This document shows positions 63,009-64,000 of a stretch of DNA of 64,000 nucleotides, piece by piece. The first letter of the stretch is position 1; the number at the start of each line of letters is the position of its first letter. The notes beneath the pieces are model-generated. The model did no database searches. It was not told the origin of the DNA and saw only the letters and a list, made by a program, of their open reading frames with translations. Position numbers and translations under genes: made by a program. Location of the stretch: positions 14,783 through 78,782 of IMG/VR virus record IMGVR_UViG_3300045135_002262. The stretch is one strand, 5' to 3'. The DNA is from a virus.

Positions 63009-64000
63009 TTAGAATCCGCCCATGTCCATTGGATCAACCTCTGGCTCTTCTGCATCTTCTGCATTTTTACGTGATTTATAAGCTTTGTTTGCTTCTTTAT
63101 CATCCGGTGAAAGTTTTAAGTAACGATCTACCAAGAATTCCATGTCGAAGTAGTATTCTTCTTCCATAGTTACCGGATCAGTTTCAACCAATGAATCTTT
63201 CAATGATGAGATAAAGTCAATTCTACGCTCCATGATCTCCATGTGTTTTAATTCAGAGAACATATTCTCTTCGTTAAACTGTAAAGATACTTGTGTTTTA
63301 AATGCAGGATCTTCTTGTAGTTCAGGGAACTTTAAGCACATTTGTAAGTATAATGGCTTAACTAACATTTCTTGGAATGTTGATCTTAATCTCTTAATAA
63401 ACTTAGCAAATTTAATTTCATCACGGATCATACCGTCAGCTGCTAAGTTAAAGTCACCACCACCATCTTCATATAAGAATCTGTTAAATGGAATCTTAGA
63501 TACATGCTTTAATTTATCTTGGAAGTATTTTAGAGCCTCTGTATCTGATAATTCTGGGCCTTCACCACCTAATGTTTCAATTTCTGGTGATTCACCATCT
63601 TTAGAAGGTAACCAGTACTCCTTGTTAAACTGGAGCATTGGTCGGCCGTTTGTATTAAGTGAAGCTGAATCCCAATCAAAGTCTACAACTTCTTTATAGT
63701 TACTCATCAATTGAGCAAGTGATTGTTTTGCTCTTGTTTTAGATTTACCGCCTACAGGAATAATAAACTTCATTCTGTAAGAAGAGTTTGTTACTGCCCA
63801 AATAACTCTTGTGTGCTCCATAATGCGAAGCAAGTTAAATGATCTAACTAATCTCTCTAAGTATGAAACCCTAGATGCTGTAGTAATTGATGAATATGAA
63901 ATGTAAATAATTTGTGAATCGTATAAAGTTCTTTCCTTTACTGGATCATCTTTAAACTGTGTCCAAACTTTTTTACCATCATTTTTATTATAACCAGGAA
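63009..64000 (-). CDS. portal protein (gp20-like), C-terminal part
   Basis: Frame open to window edge; SYLERLVRSFNLLRIME, YWLP..G...EIETL.G, RDEIKF.KFI.RLR. Confidence 0.93.
   Translation of the reverse strand, partial: PGYNKNDGKKVWTQFKDDPVKERTLYDSQIIYISYSSITTASRVSYLERLVRSFNLLRIMEHTRVIWAVTNSSYRMKFIIPVGGKSKTRAKQSLAQLMSNYKEVVDFDWDSASLNTNGRPMLQFNKEYWLPSKDGESPEIETLGGEGPELSDTEALKYFQDKLKHVSKIPFNRFLYEDGGGDFNLAADGMIRDEIKFAKFIKRLRSTFQEMLVKPLYLQMCLKFPELQEDPAFKTQVSLQFNEENMFSELKHMEIMERRIDFISSLKDSLVETDPVTMEEEYYFDMEFLVDRYLKLSPDDKEANKAYKSRKNAEDAEEPEVDPMDMGGF

Noticed and set aside
1-64000. Stop-codon reassignment (TAG/TGA recoding as in some Bacteroidota phages)
   Set aside because: Core genes are intact under the standard code, TAG terminates genes at sensible positions, and no suppressor tRNA is present in this window.

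Overview
A 64 kb segment of an AT-rich, T4-like (myovirus-type) large or jumbo phage genome, coded almost entirely on the minus strand. The host is most likely Bacteroidota (Flavobacteriia-like), judged from TAnnTTTG-type promoter boxes, T9SS C-terminal sorting domains and an Hc1 histone-like gene. The right third (41.5-64 kb) is the morphogenesis and replication core: portal, prohead protease-scaffold fusion, major capsid, clamp loader, RNase H/5' exonuclease, neck, terminases, sheath, tube, gp26/gp51-like hub proteins and a tape-measure-like gene. The left two thirds are accessory. They hold 16 tRNA genes in three clusters plus GlnRS, sugar-nucleotide/LPS enzymes (UDP-sugar dehydrogenase, RmlC, RmlD-like, KdsA, transaldolase-family, epimerase, acetyltransferase), nucleotide and phosphate enzymes (LOG, Gmk, MgsA, HAD and metallophosphoesterases), an ECF-like sigma factor and many small hypotheticals. 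The main observations are: (i) most of the longer spacers in the tRNA clusters are GC-rich and fold into closed stem structures with G-U pairs on the transcribed strand, including an anticodon-less tRNA-like RNA and a motif present twice, suggesting a tRNA-punctuated array of unannotated small RNAs; (ii) a phage-encoded M9 collagenase and a second protein carry T9SS sorting signals; (iii) eukaryote-like NEIL1 and RMT2 homologues are present; (iv) three promoter classes (early/middle/late-like) can be read from the sequence; (v) an ATP-grasp ligase carries a putative head-packaging leader; (vi) there is a candidate +1 frameshift between the gp26-like and gp51-like genes. All product calls come from motif recognition by eye; no database searches or folding programs were run.
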